From Obrimoposthia wandeli (taxonomy: Eukaryota): 64,000 nucleotides of DNA. The notes beneath the pieces are model-generated. The model ran no database searches. It was not told the DNA's origin and was given only the letters and a program-made list of their open reading frames with translations. Of this stretch, positions 24,308 through 36,759 are shown piece by piece (within the stretch, counting starts at the first letter, position 1; every line of letters begins with the position of its first letter). The stretch is from the NCBI GenBank assembly GCA_977020255.1, contig CDROCS010002597.1, positions 496,001-560,000 on the forward strand. Direction: 5' to 3'. The position numbers were made by a program, and so were the translations under genes.

Positions 24308-24817
24308 TAGTAACATTGCAACTTTTTGCAAGGGATGTCTTTGTTTAGGAAATAAATAACACAAATGTGAATATGTATATTAAATAAAATACATACAATA
24401 AGATATTCAAAATCTAGTGACTTAACACCAAGTATCATAACCTTCCCGCTCACAGAAATGTTCACGCATAGAGGATTGTATTTGGCATATCAAAGTCCCG
24501 GGAAAATGTCTGGCTCCTAAACTGCATCCAATCCCATACTCTTGCTCATCTTGCTTAGGTTTATCGATTTTTCCAAATTAGTACTGACGCTGATTGATTG
24601 GATTCTTTCGATTTTAATATTGAAAGGAAGAGTGCTTTCATCTAGCATCGCTTTACAGCCCATTATTCTGCATATTCCTAAATTATATTAAAACCTAAAT
24701 GAAATAAATTACTATATTTGAAAATTATAATAATCTTCACACTTAAGTCGGTCGAAGTCCGAAATCGTAAATATCCCATTAATTAATATTCACCAATTTG
24801 ATATTGTGAAGTAACAT
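24308..24817 (-). pseudogene. TATA-binding-protein-like gene, copy 2
   Basis: KLVNIN; 35-nt intron 24678-24712; ICRIMG...IQSISVSTNL...*EPDIFPGL*YAKYNPLCVNISVSGKVMILG. Confidence 0.75.
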
Positions 24818-25544
24818 TTCTCATTGTTATTATAAAAGGATTTTTATATATAATTTGAAAATATATTTTGACTGCATGTCAACTCTTTGTTAAATTGTTT
24901 ATTCCGTGAAATATAATATTTCTTACTCGTCTAATGATAATTGTCTTGCAATATGGGCTAGGAAATTAACCGGTCTGAACATTTTATACATGTATTTAAG
25001 TGTCCGCATGGTAAAAATACTACTGAAATCATATCCGGCAAGCAAACAATACATTCAGGATCTGGTAAAAGGTATTCAAGATAATTTACAACATGACTTA
25101 GTTCAGGTTTTATTTATAAAGAACTTAAATCCGTTAGAAACTCAGTTATAGAATCATATTATTTTACCAAATGTTTTCAAACTAAAACGGCTTTGATTCT
25201 GTCATGAGTATAATCACGTTTCAACAAAACTATTTGATAAGTTTTCATTTGAGCATCAATATCATTATTACTAATATGATATTCAACAATACATCCCTTC
25301 TTGATACCCATACAGAAGCTTTACACTCTTGTGTATAAAAAATTCTCTCTGGTATAGTATGAATAAACTCAAGTCGGAGTACTGCTTTCTGATAGAAACA
25401 ACATCAATATGAATAATTCCAAATATCGACATGTGAGAAAATCAATAATGTATGTATTTAAAAATCAATAAAATCATTATTTCGTACAATAACTACTTCA
25501 TCCATAGGACTTGTATCAAATACATTTGCTTGTTACCTGTTTCA

Positions 25545-25800
25545 AATATTGGTACGTTTATTACATTTATTTTCAAAACAAACGGACATGTCGGGAAATA
25601 TATCATATTCTGCTTAATTAGTTAAAGATATCACTCCCATTCGGATAATGCACCTTTACAGTAAACACATTTACAATTCTCTCTTGAATCATCATGTTTA
25701 TAAAACCCGGCTTTACCTAATTCTCTCTTATCAGTAAACTGTCTTCGTAATGATTCTAATCAAGCCCGTTCATTTCTTCTTGAAATCTTATCAAAACGAA
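25545..25800 (-). pseudogene. BIR-domain (IAP-like) remnant
   Basis: ELGKAGFY...CKCVYCKGALSEWE*...FPTCPFV...NVPI; the expected His ligand is not visible. Confidence 0.7.
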
Positions 25801-26279
25801 GTCGTCCAATTCTAACTTCCCCATTTCGTGAAACACAATGTGTAACAAATTTAGTAGTCATAACGAAACAGAATGAGAAAACTTTCAGCTTAAATACTAT
25901 TTGAAAATCTATTTTTAGATCACATTCCAACTTTTTGCAACTTACCTGCAAGTGATGTCACATGATGTCTTTGTCTCCGAGAACAAAGCAGTATAAGCAA
26001 TATTTTGATAATGATTTTATTGAAAATTAATAATCAAAATAATCAAAATAAAGCAAGTACCTATATAGGTTCTGGTAGTAATTTATATGCTAATATGAAT
26101 TATAATAGAAACAATCATATAGAAAATATTAATCCATCAAGTCAAACAATAACAAGTCAAACAATAACAGGTCAAACAACTGATTTAGTTACTTTTTTAC
26201 TTATTTTCATATTAAATATTATTAAATTACTACTATTGTTTATATAAAAAATAATAAAAATAAAGATACAAAAATTTAT

Positions 26280-26700
26280 TAATCAACTCTAACTGCCTCA
26301 ATTATTTTCCATATCGGTGTTTCCAATCCAGAGGGCCGGATCTTGTATCCTTGGATTCTGATTGAGAGAAAGCATTCTTATTTAGGAGGAAGTCCATCGA
26401 ATATTGATCCATTCTCCTGCTTAAAAGTGGCCTTTTGTCCTTTGATTATGAATTTGTTTTCTTGAATTTCATATTTGATCCCGTAATTTTTGAAGAGAAT
26501 ATTAATTCTCTCTTTATCCACTGAAGTCAAATTTGATACTTGAAAATAAAATTTAAGCGACTCTTTGTTGACAGGAAAAATAAATTATAGTTGTGAGTTT
26601 TCTTCAAAAAATGCATCTGCTACCAATATGATATTTATTCATAAATTGATATATCTTTTCAAAATTCAGATTCTTGAAATTCATATTTACAATTATAAGT
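26280..26700 (-). pseudogene. Homolog of the 20561-21040 accessory gene
   Basis: FIIKGQKATF...LSIRIQGYKIRPSGLETPIWKI. Confidence 0.55.
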
Positions 26701-27488
26701 TAAAATATTCAATTGTTTATCCTCTAAATGCCAATTCTAATTGATTAATTGTCTCCTCTGTCCAAAAGGTGGAGACGATCTCTGTAGCATACATTTACAC
26801 AAGTCTGTCCTACATCCCCTAGAGGTGATGTGTGCTGCTGCTACTATATTTCTAGAGTACAGGTGATTGGTTTTAAATAATTTATTTTCTTGTCTATATA
26901 ATTGTAGAAGAGAATGTGTAGTCGACACTATTGATTTAAAAAATACAATTTTTAGTTTAACAATTTTATTTGTTTTGGATTTGGAATTCTATTTTTGTTG
27001 GTCGATTAATAATTCATTTTAAGTCCCGGAAAGAGTTATTGAAAATTTGGAATTGGACAAATTATTTTTGGATAAACTATACCATTTTCATATTTCAATC
27101 AATTATCAATTCATTTTTGAAGGATACTGTTGCAACAAATTCTTAATATTTCCCGGAAAGAGTTGCTGACCACTTAGAATTGGATTAAATAACAGTAGTG
27201 ATGTAATAATAGACCAACATAATTACATTAACACGTCACAGATGGTAATTACATAATATTGTTACTAACCTAATCTCACATACACTAGTTATGTAATAAT
27301 ATACATACATAATTACACAGATCCTAATTACATAACTTTTTAACATATATTTAGAAATGATTAAACTACTTACGAGAGATAGTAATAAAAAATTTACTAA
27401 TTAAATTAACCTAGTAATAATTATACAATTATGATAGTTAAAAAACAAAAGACAATTAAGAATGTAGTTTCCGTTTCTGCGCCTCTTG

Positions 27489-27720
27489 CTACCTACCCTG
27501 CTTCGTCAACTCCATCTTTTTCGCTCTGCATTTTTCTTCCATCTTCACCTTCCTTCTTTTTGCCATATCCTTCTTTCTTTTCCAGTCCAGGATTCTTCTT
27601 GTTTCAGCTTGACGTCTATTTTGTACCGCTTCAAGCTTCTCATTCCACTCTGTTCTGATCGCAGCATATAAACTAAAAATTGTTCCGTAAGACACATGGT
27701 ATTTGCAATATCTACAAAAA
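27489..27720 (-). pseudogene. Homolog of the 9568-9897 coiled-coil gene
   Basis: SLYAAIRTEWNEKLEAVQNRRQAETRRILDWKRKK. Confidence 0.6.
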
Positions 27721-28566
27721 TATACAACAATCATAAAATTCGATAAAATTCGACAATAATCGACCAAAATTGACTGAAAGAAAAAATTTCTGGCGCTGGT
27801 TCTAAGGGGGGTCAAACGTCTTTGTTCAAAAAGACACTCACCCCCTACTAATAATGTAAAACATGTTGTGACTTTGAGTATAAATTAGATATTCATTAGA
27901 TATTTTAGCTATATTAAATATATTATTGTTAAGTTATTGTTAAATTAATAAAAGCAAAAAATAAAAACTTATAAATATTAAAATTTAACTACATATTATA
28001 ATATTATTTGTTCAATTTGAAATCCCAAACATTTAAAATAAATAATATTTTTATTAGTAAAGTTTATTTTCTCTAATTAAACGTAATAGTTATTTATAAC
28101 CATTCATTTAAATGGAAAAGAAAGAAAACCAATTTCAGAATTCACATGGACCATGCCACAATCCGGGAGTCTACGTATCGAAGTTCGAAATCAATATATT
28201 ACGATAATGATGTATAGCAACGATTTATGTATTATTCGAGAGATCATTAAATTATAATTTTATTTAAAGATCATGTTTCCTGCTTTTTAGAAACTTTAAA
28301 ACATAATAGATAATGCTTCCTTTTGAATTAAATATTTTTTATCTATAAAACCGATATCAAGGGATTCATCACTATATAAATCACGTTTTGAGCTGAACTT
28401 TAAGTATTAAATTAGACATTTTATACTCATTAATACTTGCAGTTAATGGTAATGGTTTCACAAACAGCCCAATCTCTGCAAATGTCGTGCCATAGTTCAA
28501 CTGTGTACAGATTAGAGGTCATATATAAGACAGCTAAGCTGTCAATCTAAAAGTGTCTATCGACAA

Positions 28567-30721
28567 ATGTGGCTTATAATATGTACTTGTACAATCATAT
28601 CTGTGTGTATATATGTCTTATCGAAATCAGGCACTAGAAAGTCCCTACCAAGAAACGTAGAACCACTGCCGATAGAGAGAGGATGGCCAATTGTTGGAGT
28701 TATACCATCTATAAACACGTCTTTGTACGATTATTTCTGGCGATTGTCAAAAAAGCTCGGTCCAATCTTCGAAGTGAAATTCGGTTTGAAGTCATTGGTT
28801 GTGCTGAATAATTACGATTGGTTCAAGAAGTGCCTGAAAGACGATGCCGACAACTTCAGTGGACGGTATATGAATAATCTGGTGCATTCGATTTCACACA
28901 ACAGCGGAATTTTGTTTCAAGAAGGAGCAAAGTGGCAAAAGTCACGATCGTTTACGATGAGAGTGTTAAAGGATTTCGGACTGGGAAGATCTAAGTCCGA
29001 GGAGATCGTTCAAGCCGAATTGGACTTATTATTGGAGAGGCTTGTATCTGCGAATGGCAATTCAGTGGACTTTGGCAAGTTGATCTCGATGTGCACTCTG
29101 AACATAATATCCAAGTTTCTGATGAACAAACGGTTCGAGGAAGACAACGAAAAGATTAATTTCCTTAAATACGTCATTGAAGAAACGTTAGTTCTTCGAG
29201 ATCCTTGCCAGATGATGCTAATAATGTTCCCGGCTCTGAATCGGTCGCGGTTGTTCTGTGCACTTACCAAGTACATGTTCAAGCACACAAAGAGCTTTGT
29301 GAAGGTGCACCAGATCTTCCTTGATGAGATCGAGGAGCACAGACGTCACATTGACGTCATATCCGAGGGAGAGGACTTGATCGATCGATTCCTACTGGAG
29401 CAGAAACTGCAGCAGTCAAGTGACCATGACGGTGCATTCTCGGAATGGCAGCTGGTCAGAGTGCTGTTTGAGCTATTCGTGGCGGGCTACGAGACGACCT
29501 CGACGACATTGGTGTGGTCGATGCTGCTGCTGGCGCGTCATCCCGGCGTACAGGAGGAGATGTGCGAGGAGATCGATCGTCGACTTGGTGGTGAGACGCG
29601 CGTGAAGTTGGCCCATAAGCGAGATCTGCCATTCTGTGCCGCTGTGATGGATGAGATCGCCAGAATGGCGGCTGTAGCCCCGGTGGCCCTGTTCCATCGA
29701 ACTCTGAATTCCAACTCGACGGTCGGTGGCCGCTACTACATTCCTGCAGACACCATGGTCGTACCTAACATATTCGCCTGTCTCCGCGACCCCCTGGTCT
29801 GGGAGCGCCCGCACGACTTCTTCCCCGGCCATGTTCTCAAGAAGCCGCATACGTACGTCCTCTCTTATGTCCTTTTAATACCAACCATATTGAGTAAAAT
29901 CGAGAGCCATTCATTATTTGTGTTTTAGTTTTACATTCTGGCTGATTTACGTTACAGTATCAATTTGATTCCATTTTTAATTTTTGTCTAATATTTTTTT
30001 CTTTTTAATTTTTACATTCTTTTGGACTAGTGCATTGAAGTGTCATACATTTTATGTCTAATGACGTTCATTTTCCCTTGATGAGAGTGTGTTTATTTGT
30101 AATTGCGTCATAGGTCTGAAACAAATCCAAACGAGACACCCAGAAAAATGAAAGTGTGGGTAAGTTTCAACTTCAAAATGATAAAATATTACGTTGTTCC
30201 TTATTTAACAAGGACAAGATATTTCACATATTTCAATAATAAATCGCTTACATTTTTCTATAATCTATTACCAGTAGACTTTGGCTTCTATTTACACTTA
30301 AGCATCAACTTGTCTTGAAGATATTCATAACGAATTACTTGAAACATTTTCATTCATTTTAATAGTTTTAGTTCTATGAATTACCTTTTTTTAATTCCGG
30401 TTGAATCCCGGCTAAAAACATGACATTATCTTCCGTAATATTATATTTTTGAGATAAGTCTGTTCATCACACAGGCTCGCGTCGGAAGCCGAGTACTATC
30501 CCCGAGAGGAGCTTGTCGTATTTGGTATGGGTCGACGTCAATGCCTCGGTGAATCGCTAGCAAGACTGGAGTTCTTTGTATTCCTGGTTGGCATTCTGCA
30601 GCGGTTCCGTGTCGAGTTTGCTCGGGACATTTCGGACTCTGAATACGACAAGGTCATACGAGGTCCTGACGCTGTGATTCGATCCTGCGGAATAACAGAT
30701 TTTAAATTCACCATTCGCTGA
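28567..30721 (+). CDS. Cytochrome P450, clan 2-like, intact host gene (510 aa, two exons)
   Basis: Exon 28567-29852, GT-AG intron 29853-30474, exon 30475-30721; N-terminal anchor, PIVG, AGYETT, EIAR and FGMGRRQCLGE heme motif. Confidence 0.95.
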
Positions 30722-31189
30722 CATCTACTGATATAAAGGCTGAACTTGTAACTATGTGTGGGTGAAGGTTCTTTGGTTGGCTTTTTTTACAATAAAGTAT
30801 TGTAATTCACTTAACTCATTAGGTCATATTGTTATATTTGTAGGACAGCAACTTTATTTGCATAGTGATATTTACCTGATTAAAATAATAATTTTTTTTA
30901 ACAAACATTTATTAAATCAAAGCCAACATAATTTATTTAAAATGTTTTATGATAAAAAACTAATTGTTTTAAATACTAGATTTTTTTGGAAAGTTACTTT
31001 TTCAAATTGAAAATATAAAATTTTGAATTAAAGGTGCTTTTCCATTATATTATTTTTCTTTTTTAGAGTTTTATATGTTTTATGTTTGGTGTTTAATAAT
31101 TATTTCATTAATAAAACATAAAAATACACCATTTGAAATACACCAGTTATGTAATAATACACACTAGGCTATGTGAAAACAATTTTTTT

Positions 31190-34035
31190 AAAAAATTAAA
31201 AAGTCTGGATAAAAATAAAAATTCTTGTAATTTCAAAAATAATAATACTTTTTAATTTAAATTTGTGCCAAATAAATTTGCTAGTTTTTGTTAAAGTTAA
31301 ACAAATTTTAATTTAACGAGATTTTTAAACTAAAATATTAAAGTATCATTATTTAAAATAAATATTAAACAAAAAAAATTTAATATACTTAAAATACTTT
31401 ACTAATATTTCTTTTTAAATAAATATTTTAATTTACGCAAAATGTTTATTAATTTTATAAATGTAAATTAACAATTTTGTTTAATAAAATTAAGGGATCA
31501 TCTGAAAAAAAAATTGTAATTTCAAAAAAAAAAAATTATATATATTTTATTTAAATTTGTGCCAAATTATTTTACTAGTTTTTGTTAAAGTTAAACAAAT
31601 TTTAATTTAACGGGGTTTTGTAATAAAATATTAAAGTACCATTATTTAAAATAAATATTAAATAAAAAATGTTTGATAAACTCAAAATACTTAACTAACA
31701 TTTATTTTAATAAATATTTAAATTTACGGAATAATTTTATTAATTTTTATTAATCCATTTTTTTTAATAAATTGAAAGGTCATTATAAAAATAAAAATAC
31801 TTGTAATTTCAACCCTATGTCAATTTTTTATTATTATATGCAGTCGGCGTGACAAAATTTATTAAGTTACTAAGTTACTAAGTTTATAATTCAAATATTT
31901 TTTATAGTTTAAAGATAAAATCACCTGATGAAAAACCACAATAATGTGGCCAAGAAAAGTATTAACATATTAAATGAGTATTCATATTTATTAATAAGAA
32001 ATTGTCAAAATTATCAAATAATTTTTTTAAAATTATTTTGTGAGGATTATTATTATTTTCATTAACGTCATCAGTTACACTTTCAGTCATACTCTCTAAC
32101 TTAGTTCATTTACATATACATTCAATATTACAAACTTTTTTAAAACTTACTCTTGTTATCACTTAGCATCATTTTCATCTATACTCACTAACTCATGTAT
32201 TTACATTGTGATTTACATTTATATTCATTCATACCTTTCTACCAACTTGCTTGTCTATAGTTTTACTTACTTTTAGTATTATTTTCATTCATACCATCTA
32301 ACATAGTGTTGTTTTCTATTAATTTCGCTGTAACTTAGTCTTTTTAACTTTTAAAATAACTCAGTATTACTGCTTCTTACAGTTGCTTACTTGTTATTAA
32401 TCTAACTGTAACTTAACATAACTTTTATTCATACGAAAACTCAATTTTAATTTAGTCTAAATTACACTCGCATTTAATCATACTCTCGACTCTTTTATTT
32501 TTCAATTACTTACACAGTCACTCATTCACACTTGAAGTTTTACATTCACTGGATAAGACTCTTATTTGTATTTGCATTCACTTGCATTCATACTTGCATT
32601 CATTTACATTCATTCTAACTCTCATTTATTCAAACTAGTACTCAAATTCATTAATATTTTACTCATTTTCATTCACACTTGACATTCGTACTTACAATCG
32701 TATTCATTCTTACTTTTATTTATATTTATACTGTATTAATTCATACAATCGATAATTAATTTTATTTGTTCTCACAAGAGATTTTTAATATTTTAGAAAG
32801 TCAAATAATAAATAGAAATACTAAGTTGATAATCGAATATGTACATAATTTGATTTATTTACATATAAAACAATATAATTAAAGATTTGGTATTCTAATT
32901 TATAAACAGAACTTTCAGTAACTTTGAATAACATTTGTTTGCAAATTAATTTTCAATATTTGATACAAATAGAATACATGTATAAAATTAATTTTTGCAG
33001 TTTTAAAAATAATATGTTCTAAAGATATTTTCAAATATATGAAGTGGAAATTGGATAATATTAATACTCAAATTATAAAAATATTTCTTTAGCCAATTCA
33101 AATTTATCAGATTAAAAAAAATCTATTAAGAAATGTTATCAAATGATATAAAGAATTTTTAATGATTTATGTGTATATGTGAATGAATTTTTGATCTTTG
33201 TATCATATTAAAATAACAATATGTGAAAATAAAAATAAAAAGTAAAAATTCACATCTTAATTATTATAATTTTATTAGATTGTTACATCATCTTCATTGA
33301 TTGATAGTATTCATTTAATAATTAGTTAAATAGTAGAATATTTTAGATTTTTTTAAAAAATTGTTTTAAAATTTAAAATAATAATATTTTCGTCATTGAT
33401 TTAAGTTATAAATTACTAGTATAAAAGTGTGTCATTTAAAAATTAATAAATATTTAACATGTGTAACTAAGAGTTTAATAAATATGTTTGTGTTAAAATA
33501 TAAATTAGTTGAAATACACCAATGGTGACAATTAAAACTTGGCGTAAATTTAAATATTTATCATAAATAGTAAATATTTTGAGTTTATTAAATTTTTTTG
33601 ATTAATATTTATTTTAAATAATGATATTTTAATATTTTATTTTAAAAATCCTTTAAATTTAAATTTGTTTAATTTTAACAAAAACTAACAAATTAAATTA
33701 GCACAAATTTAAATATTAAAGAAATTATTATTTTGAAACATTAAAAGTATTTTTATTTTTATAATAATCTTTCATTTATAAAAATTAATAATAATTTTCC
33801 GTAAATTTAAATATTTATTTTAAAAAATGTTAGTAAAGTATTTTAAATTTTATTAAACATTTTTTGTTTAATAATAATTTTAAATAATGGAACTTTAATA
33901 TTTTATTTTTTAAAAAAAACGTTAAATTGAAATTTGTTTAACTTTAACAAAAACTAGCAATTTAATTTGGCACAAATTTAAATTAAATATATATATATAA
34001 ATATATTTTTTTAAATAATTTTTTTTTTGAAAATA
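31190..34035. repeat. Foldback-like structure: AT-rich ~300-bp subrepeats, two direct (31190-31815) and two inverted (33540-34035)
   Basis: TTTAAATTTGTGCCAAA...CTAGTTTTTGTTAAAGTTAAACAAAT occurs twice on + and twice, diverged, as reverse complement. Confidence 0.7.
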
Positions 34036-35144
34036 AGAGTATGGTTGAACTTAATTTTGATAGACAAATACAATCATGTAATAAAATTATCATGTTTGTT
34101 CTAAATCTGACCCTTAACTTGTAGACGACCATAACATTTTTCATGATTAAACGCACAATATTTTGACAATTACAACCATGTACTTTGACACTTTGAAATT
34201 TAACTTTTTTTTAAAATCATACTTCTAATAATAAAAATGTGGATCGACTGACACAAGTCTTGAGAACTAACTTCACAGGCTCACTACAGATTTCGAAGTA
34301 TAACGGGGACGAGATTAATGGAGACTTCCGCGCGGAGTATTCGAGTAGGGAATGAAAGAGAAATATGTGTTAATGTGTACTTGACAGGATGGGCACTTAA
34401 AGAATATAAGCATATGGAAGATGCGAAATGAGAAAAAAAATTGAAAACAAAGTAATTTTTTGATCATGATCCATAGAGATTATTTTCGTCAAATGGTTTA
34501 AACCCAGTATCGTCAACAAAATGACAGGATACACTGAAATCTTGTGTTCATTGAAGTTGGCAATATAAATATTTCATTCTAACAATGATGGATTATAGCA
34601 ATCAGATTTTGCATTCAGTCCATTCTAGTCATATTAGATGGTATCATTCGGCCAATGTGAACACTGAACAGTCTCGGTATTGATGGTTATCAGTGGTGGT
34701 TCATGTGATGCCGATTTGACAGATTACATGAACTGGATTCAGTAAATGTCAGGAACTGTATTATTTGTTATATCACCTGTTAACGCAATCCTACGAGAAA
34801 TCTGTGTTTTGTAATTGAAGAAATGCATAAGTGAACTTACACTACCAGGTTGGAAGAGAAACAAAAACGAAATTAAATGCTTTTTTGATTTCATTCAAGA
34901 TCTATTTGGTTTGCATTGAATCTGTCAAACAGAAATATTTCATGACTTGCATTTCTATCGTTTTTAATGACTACAGTCAATGGCGGACACTACGGTAGAG
35001 ATTATTGAGCAGTCAATTTAATTTAGAGATTTTTCCTTACATTTTAGTCAAGTTATCCTTGAAGGCTCACCATTAGATCCTTTGGGAGAACCCTATTCGA
35101 ATAACCATATTAAAGAATCAACTCTAAGAACCAACTTGAAGAAG

Positions 35145-35295
35145 CAGCAATAATAACTTCCTTAAAAGAAGCTACTCAAAGAACTTTCTTAAAAGAAGCA
35201 ACTCAAAGAACTTCCTTAAAAGAAGCTACTCAAAGAATTAACTCAAAGAACTTCCTTCAAAGAAGCAACTCAAATAATTAGCTTTAAAAGAACCT
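35145..35295. repeat. Minisatellite, ~27-bp unit AAGAAGC(T/A)ACTCAAAGAACTTCCTTA, about 5 degenerate copies
   Basis: Direct inspection. Confidence 0.8.
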
Positions 35296-35814
35296 TCGAG
35301 AGTGAGTGAGTAACCATGTGCTCATAGTTGTTGTCCTGAAATACTCATGTTCTCAGGAAGTGAAAGGAAAAATACACAAAGAACATCACGTACACGTTAT
35401 GTTGCAAATAGTTGCAAATATTTGTAAATCACACACTCACACAGTCACGTGACATTTTAATCATGTCTGTGTGAGCGTGGGAATTGTCTTCCTTGCTGCA
35501 CGCACACACATTCCAATACAAGGCAGATATTTTCTCTGCCTTGTATTGGAGTGTGTGTGCGGCTTATGGCAGGAGTTGATGTAATAATCATATCAATCTG
35601 CCGATGGATTTATGCAGCTGCAGTATTTAGGTAAGTTTTTATTTTTATTTTATTTAATTTCTAATATATGTTTGAAAGACATGATAGTAGTAAAATATCT
35701 ATTGATTGTTGTCCTTCTATTGAGTTTTTCAAACATTACTGGAATAAACTTCAAACCTGTTTCGACCAATAAACCTTTTAAACGATGTAAAGTGATTGGA
35801 TGTCTGTCTTTCAG

Positions 35815-36065
35815 GCCATGAGCTCATATTCGGCACATGCGCTCATGAGCTAGACATTGACCTTGAGCTCATGGTGGGCACATGCGCTCATGAGCTAGAC
35901 ATTGACCTTAAGCTCATGGTGGGCACATAAGCTCGTAATAATCTTGAGCTCATAGTAAGCATATGAGTTCATGAGATGAGAGCACAAAGGACATGAGTCA
36001 TGACCTTGAAATATCATGCGTACTCGGGAGAAATGTGACCTATTTTTGACATTGACCTTAGAAAA
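35815..36065. repeat. ~45-bp tandem repeats rich in CATGAGCT and TGACCTT
   Basis: CACATGCGCTCATGAGCTAGACATTGACCTT(G/A)AGCTCATGGTGGG twice, then degenerate copies. Confidence 0.75.
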
Positions 36066-36169
36066 ATGACTTTTTATAGTACGTTTCTGAAATTGGCGCA
36101 ATTTTTTCTTTAATTTTTGCTAGGGGTGGCCACTAGTGCTCACTTCCATTTACTCAGTAGTTATAAAGT

Positions 36170-36690
36170 TGACATAGCGGGGAACCACCAAAACCTTTAG
36201 GAAATACACTAATTAATGCACCATCAAACAGTACATCACCTAATCTATCATCAAAGTTGAATGATGTACCTAACCGATTTAATATAATTTTTAGTTCCAT
36301 ATATAGAGTAAATTTTCTCAGCTAAATCTTTTATCAGGGCAATTTGAAAAATTTTAATAACTTTAAAACAATTATGTAAATTTATATTAATAGTCATAAA
36401 ACGATCATTAAAACTAGAATTAACAACAAACATTTTAGGAAAAACGGTGACAAGTGATCCATTATATAAGACATCGCTAACCTTGTCACAAAAATTAAAT
36501 GATTTTCCTTTTTGCTTTAAATATAATTTGCGTGAACCAAACGCAGTATAAATTTTCTCAGCCAGGTCTCTAATTACTTTATTAGGTTCAATTTGTATTT
36601 GCTTAACTGAATGTAATAAATCAGCATGAATTGTTAGCTGTTCTAATTCCCTTTTAGTTTCTTTTTTTAAAGCGTCGTTTCAACTTATCC
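36170..36690 (-). pseudogene. Tandem ubiquitin-like domain protein
   Basis: Two ~75-aa repeats: IRDLAEKIYTAFG...GKSFNF.DKVSDVLYNGSLVTVFPK and IKDLAEKIYSIYG...SFNFDDRLGDVLFDGALISVFPKGFGG; frameshift ~36270. Confidence 0.6.
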
Positions 36691-36759
36691 TTAAGGCGCT
36701 TACCTAACACTTTAACTTTAGTTATTGTTTCAACATTTATATTATCTCGCGCATCGCGG

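Larger units (their letters stand above)
21170..27849. mobile_element. Polinton element E2 (partial, degraded)
   Basis: Second integrase-PW-ATPase-TBP-like module; ends CACCCCCTACT at 27849 (AGTAGGGGGTG on the minus strand). Confidence 0.8.

Noticed and set aside
7080-26700. Alternative genetic code or stop-codon readthrough in the viral genes
   Set aside because: Stops are of all three types, replace different residues, and co-occur with frameshifts and deletions; ordinary decay explains them
31925-31960. Additional hammerhead at CTGATGA...GAAA
   Set aside because: Stem II does not abut the core and no stems I/III could be formed
34500-34980. Possible hAT/ZBED transposase remnant on the minus strand
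   Set aside because: Only short, frame-broken resemblances (SVSCHFVDD); insufficient support
35145-36065. CRISPR-like arrays
   Set aside because: Repeats are head-to-tail without unique spacers, no cas genes, eukaryotic context
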